This document shows, piece after piece, positions 60,301-64,000 of a stretch of 64,000 nt of DNA. This DNA is from Sarea resinae (Eukaryota), in NCBI GenBank assembly GCA_026026165.1, contig JAPEUD010000079.1, positions 1 to 64,000 of the forward strand, in the 5' to 3' direction. Within the stretch, counting starts at the first letter, position 1; each line of letters opens with the position of its first letter. Made by a program: the position numbers and the translations under genes. Below the pieces are notes generated by a model that saw nothing but the letters and a program-made list of their open reading frames with translations, was not told the origin of the DNA and ran no database searches.

Positions 60301-63153
60301 CTAGTCCTCGGTCAGATCACCATACTCCCACATGCCCTTCCTCTCTTCTTTCGCCTCGGCCTCGCGCTCGCGGAGTCCCTTGAGCAGTGCCGCATACGAC
60401 CTCTCCCAGGGCTTCAGCTTGCGCGCGACCATGGCGAACCCCTCGGCCACGACATCGGCGTTGAAGCTCTTGCCGACGCTCTCGGCCTTGGCCGGGTCCA
60501 TGAGCGACACGTACAGCGCGCCGCCCTCGGACGGCGGGGCCACGTGGTCGACGCTCGCGACGAACTGGACGCCGCTCATGACGAGCTCGTCGGTGAGAAA
60601 GGCCACGGCTTCGGCGAGGTACTGCGGCGACGAGGTCGGGAACTGCAGGAACGAGAGGACGGCGTCTTGGGCCTGGGGTTTCAGCTTGGCGGTGCCGAAC
60701 TCGGCCCCGAGCGGACGCAGAGACGACCACGGCACCGTTTCCGAGTTGCCGTAGTCAAAGTAGACAACCTCCGCCTTCTGCGCCGAGTGGTCGTTGCGCC
60801 GCACCCGTGCCCGGTACCATTCGCCGTCCTCGGAGAACTTGGCGGCCACGTAGTCGCCGGCCTTGGGCGCGCCCGCGAGGCCCGACTGCGGTTTCGAGTG
60901 GAAGGTGCGGAAGGCGCGGGTCAGGGACTCGAGCGCCGCCGTCGTGGCGGGCGAGATGAGTTGGAATTTGAGGCCGCACGTGGCGGGGTCGACGTGCGTG
61001 ATAACCACGTCGCGGTAGTCTTTTGGCTTCGAGCTGGCGTCGCCGTTGGTGGCCGTGCCGTTGCCGTTGGCCTGCGCCGTGTCCTTGTCGGCTGATGGGT
61101 AGGCGGATTCGTCTTGTTCCTCGTCCTGGCTGGGGTCCCAGTCGTGCCAGAGGTTCTTGCGTGCGTCTTTGGCCTTTTGCTCCGCGGCGAAAAGCTCGCG
61201 CGAGTTGCCAGACTGTTCGGCCGAGTAGGCGTGCACGCTCGCGAGACCTTCTTCCAGAAGCAACTTGGCAAAGTTTTCGCGGTTGATGTATAGCGTGCCG
61301 ATGAAACCGCCGACTTTATCCGTCGTCTCGACGTCAATCTCTACATCTCGCTGCATGCATCTTCGAACAGCGAAATCGTGCGCCTCTTGGCCAAAGGGCT
61401 CGGCCTTGTCGTCGGGCCCTCTCGCCGATCGTGGCGCTCGGATGCCAGAGAGAACAAAGGTGAGTCTGGCATTTTCGCGCGGTATGATGATGGTAAATCT
61501 GGAGCCGGATTTGACGAAGTCGACAATCGCAGGGATTCGCTTTTGACGCTGTAGCACAGAAGCCTGGATTTTGGCTTTTTGGAGGTTTTCCGAATAATCC
61601 TGATAGCTTTTCGCTGCCGGAGCCTTTGGTGACCATATTCCCTTCTTCTCTTTCTGGGCAGTTTCCTCGGCTACCAGTAACTCGTCGTAGATAGGAGACC
61701 GGTCTTCGTCGTCTCTCCTATGTCGAATGACAGATGCGTAGCCATGCTCGACCAGCAAGAGACTAATGTTTGCGTTGTTGTAGACGACAGTTGCCATCTC
61801 TCTCTCGTCGTAGCCTTCTTGGGCCGGGCGTTTGCCGTCGATGGTGACTTTGACATGCTTGCCAATCAGACGCTTCCGCAAGAACTCTTTGGCCTCTTGG
61901 CCAAACGGCGACTGCTTAGGATCGGTGGGTCTAATGCTAAGATTAGCAATTGAAAGCATAGGACGCTGTGAATCTTACTTTGGCTGTCTGATGCTGCTCA
62001 GGTTTACCCGCTTCTCTGCGCCGGCTTTGTTTCGTAGATATAGCGTGTCGGCGCTCTGGACACGGCTGACGATCGCTTCGACATTACCAGCACCGGCGGA
62101 TTTGGGTGCGACATGCGACTTGAAGATTCCCAGATTTTGCTCCTTTGCACCTTTTTCAGCTTGCCTCAAGGCAGCCATATCTCCGCCCAGCATGGTAGAG
62201 TGATGATCAGTACATCTTGCTAGACCAGCCTTCAGGACGAATTCTGCAATGCTACCATTGGGATGTTTCACGGCTCCGACCAGCTGTCCTTGCGGACTAA
62301 CACCGACTATGTCAACTTTGACATTGCGCTGTAACAGTCTCGACTCGACGAACTGATGTGCCTCTTCGCCGTAGGGCTCTGCGGGTTGCTCATGTCCGTC
62401 GGCGGTAGCAGCTCGTTTCGTCGACGGAGCGCGGATCCCCGCTACCAGAATCAGAGTCTGCGCATGGCGTGTTGGGGCAATCATGAGTCGGGCGATTAGA
62501 CGATCACCGCTGAGCACTTTCTCCACGACAGCTATTCCCGATATCAGCCACGTCCAAGCCACTCGAGGGCGGATACCATACCATCTATGCTTTGCCCCTT
62601 CCATTGTTCTGCAAACGCCTTTGTATCTGGAATCTCATAGGTATTTTCAATTCTGCCACCGCTGGTAGCCCAGAGACCCTTGGATTCAGCCTTAGCTTTC
62701 GCCTCTGCCTCTTGTAATCTACTGAGCAGGGAAGCCGACTCTTCCGAGTCTTCCTTTTTCCCAGCATCGTCCCGCAGCTTGAGCCATCCCTCAGCAACAG
62801 ACAATTCTGGTAGTGATTGTCCGTTTGGCAGGTAGACGATTCCGTAGTCTCGTTTCGCTCCTGTCGGAATCGTGTAGAGAACTTGGAACTGTATCACTTT
62901 GCCGACCACGAGCCGGCGCAGGAAGTCTCGACATTCGAATGCAAACGGCTGCATGTTTCAGTCAGCGTCTGTGCGAGCAAAGACGGCCACATGGCCCAGG
63001 ACAATAACTGACCTCATCACCTTCCCTTCGTAGGCGCGGCGCAGAGACAAAGGCCAGACTGAGCACTCTCTCTTGGTTCGGATTATTCACGGCCGTCAAG
63101 ATCAACGTATCACCAGAGGTGACACTCTTAACTTTTGCTTGTGAGATAGGCAT
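60301..63153 (-). CDS. SND1: Tudor staphylococcal-nuclease domain protein (Tudor-SN/p100)
   Basis: Exons 63153-63013, 62948-62582, 62531-61979, 61930-60301. Repeated SNase domains (VKSVTSGDTL, EPFAFECRDFLR, EPFGQEAHDF), Tudor domain (AAKFSEDGEWYRARV...VVYFDYGNSE) and terminal GMWEYGD. Confidence 0.96.
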
Positions 63154-64000
63154 GATCGAAGATGGCTGGATTCACGAGTCAGTTAAGCTCCCCTCCAATT
63201 TCGACGCTCCAGGATGTTTAGTAGCCATTGGCATTCGCGCACCACCTGGCCCATAGCTGGACGTAGCACAAACATCCTCGAGCCTCGTCGTGGCAGCTCG
63301 ACCGGCCTTGCAAGTGCATGGGCAGACCGTGGTAGCTTGGGGGTCTCACCGAGTAGGGTCCAAGACGGCGTTTTCAGTGTGAACGGTGAGATGTGCCTGA
63401 GACGAGCGAGAAGCTTGCAGCCAAATTAAGGAAAATATGCAATAGATTAGAGAAATGCGAGAGATTCAGCCTGACTATATAGTGTGAGCCGTGAGGTCGG
63501 TGAATAGACAAGAGCACACCTTACATTCACAGAGAGGGTGGTTTCGTTAAGTCCGCCCTGACGCTACGCTCGCGTGAGCATACGTCGATGGTGTCCTTTT
63601 CGACCAAATTGGGATGTCTGATGTCCCACCTGTAGAGTACATGCCGCGAACCAACCAACCACCCAATCAATCAGAGCTGTGATGCACAATTCACTGCAGA
63701 GCTTCGAGAATCTCAAGCTGATGGACTCTAGACATATGGCATGAGTATTCTCTGCTCCAGGTCCATTATTGTGGAAAGTACAGTGCATTCCCTCGCTACC
63801 CTAGTCACCAGTGGGCCGACGGGCACTCCAAACTAGAAGGGGCAAATCTACAGAACGATTGACACTACGACACGACACGAAGGAACAGGACAATGATGTC
63901 TAAAGCAAGGTATCCATGGCTTTTGGTATTAGATCGCAGCCACTAACTGGCGGATATCAAAATCTTGACCCTACAAAAGTGCCAAACGATCTGGTCGCTT

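Overview
This is a gene-dense, intron-rich segment of a filamentous ascomycete (Pezizomycotina-type) nuclear genome: short GT-AG introns with CTRAC/CTAAY branch sites, standard genetic code. I can build 17 protein-coding gene models, mostly housekeeping: myosin II, a Yra1/ALYREF-family RRM protein, STRAP-like WD40, a BEACH-WD40 protein, vacuolar subtilisin, an uncharacterised 602-aa ORF, EMC1, an RTA1-family exporter, an atypical SDR, a lipase, COA5/PET191, WBP1, the complex I 9.5 kDa subunit, a conserved unknown CxxC protein, a Cti6-like PHD protein, transaldolase and Tudor-SN. I found no CRISPR, rRNA, tRNA, intact transposon or secondary-metabolite cluster. The most interesting signals are: (1) an apparent stop-containing 'poison' cassette exon inside intron 2 of the Yra1/ALYREF-family gene; (2) a 21-nt-phased array of a GCCTTTGGAC core with unique spacers at 31297-31440; (3) dense GTAC arrays upstream of several genes; (4) microsatellite-packed spacers between convergent genes, flanked by coding sequence with strongly raised third-position GC. 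All product calls rest on motif recognition by eye; no searches were run.
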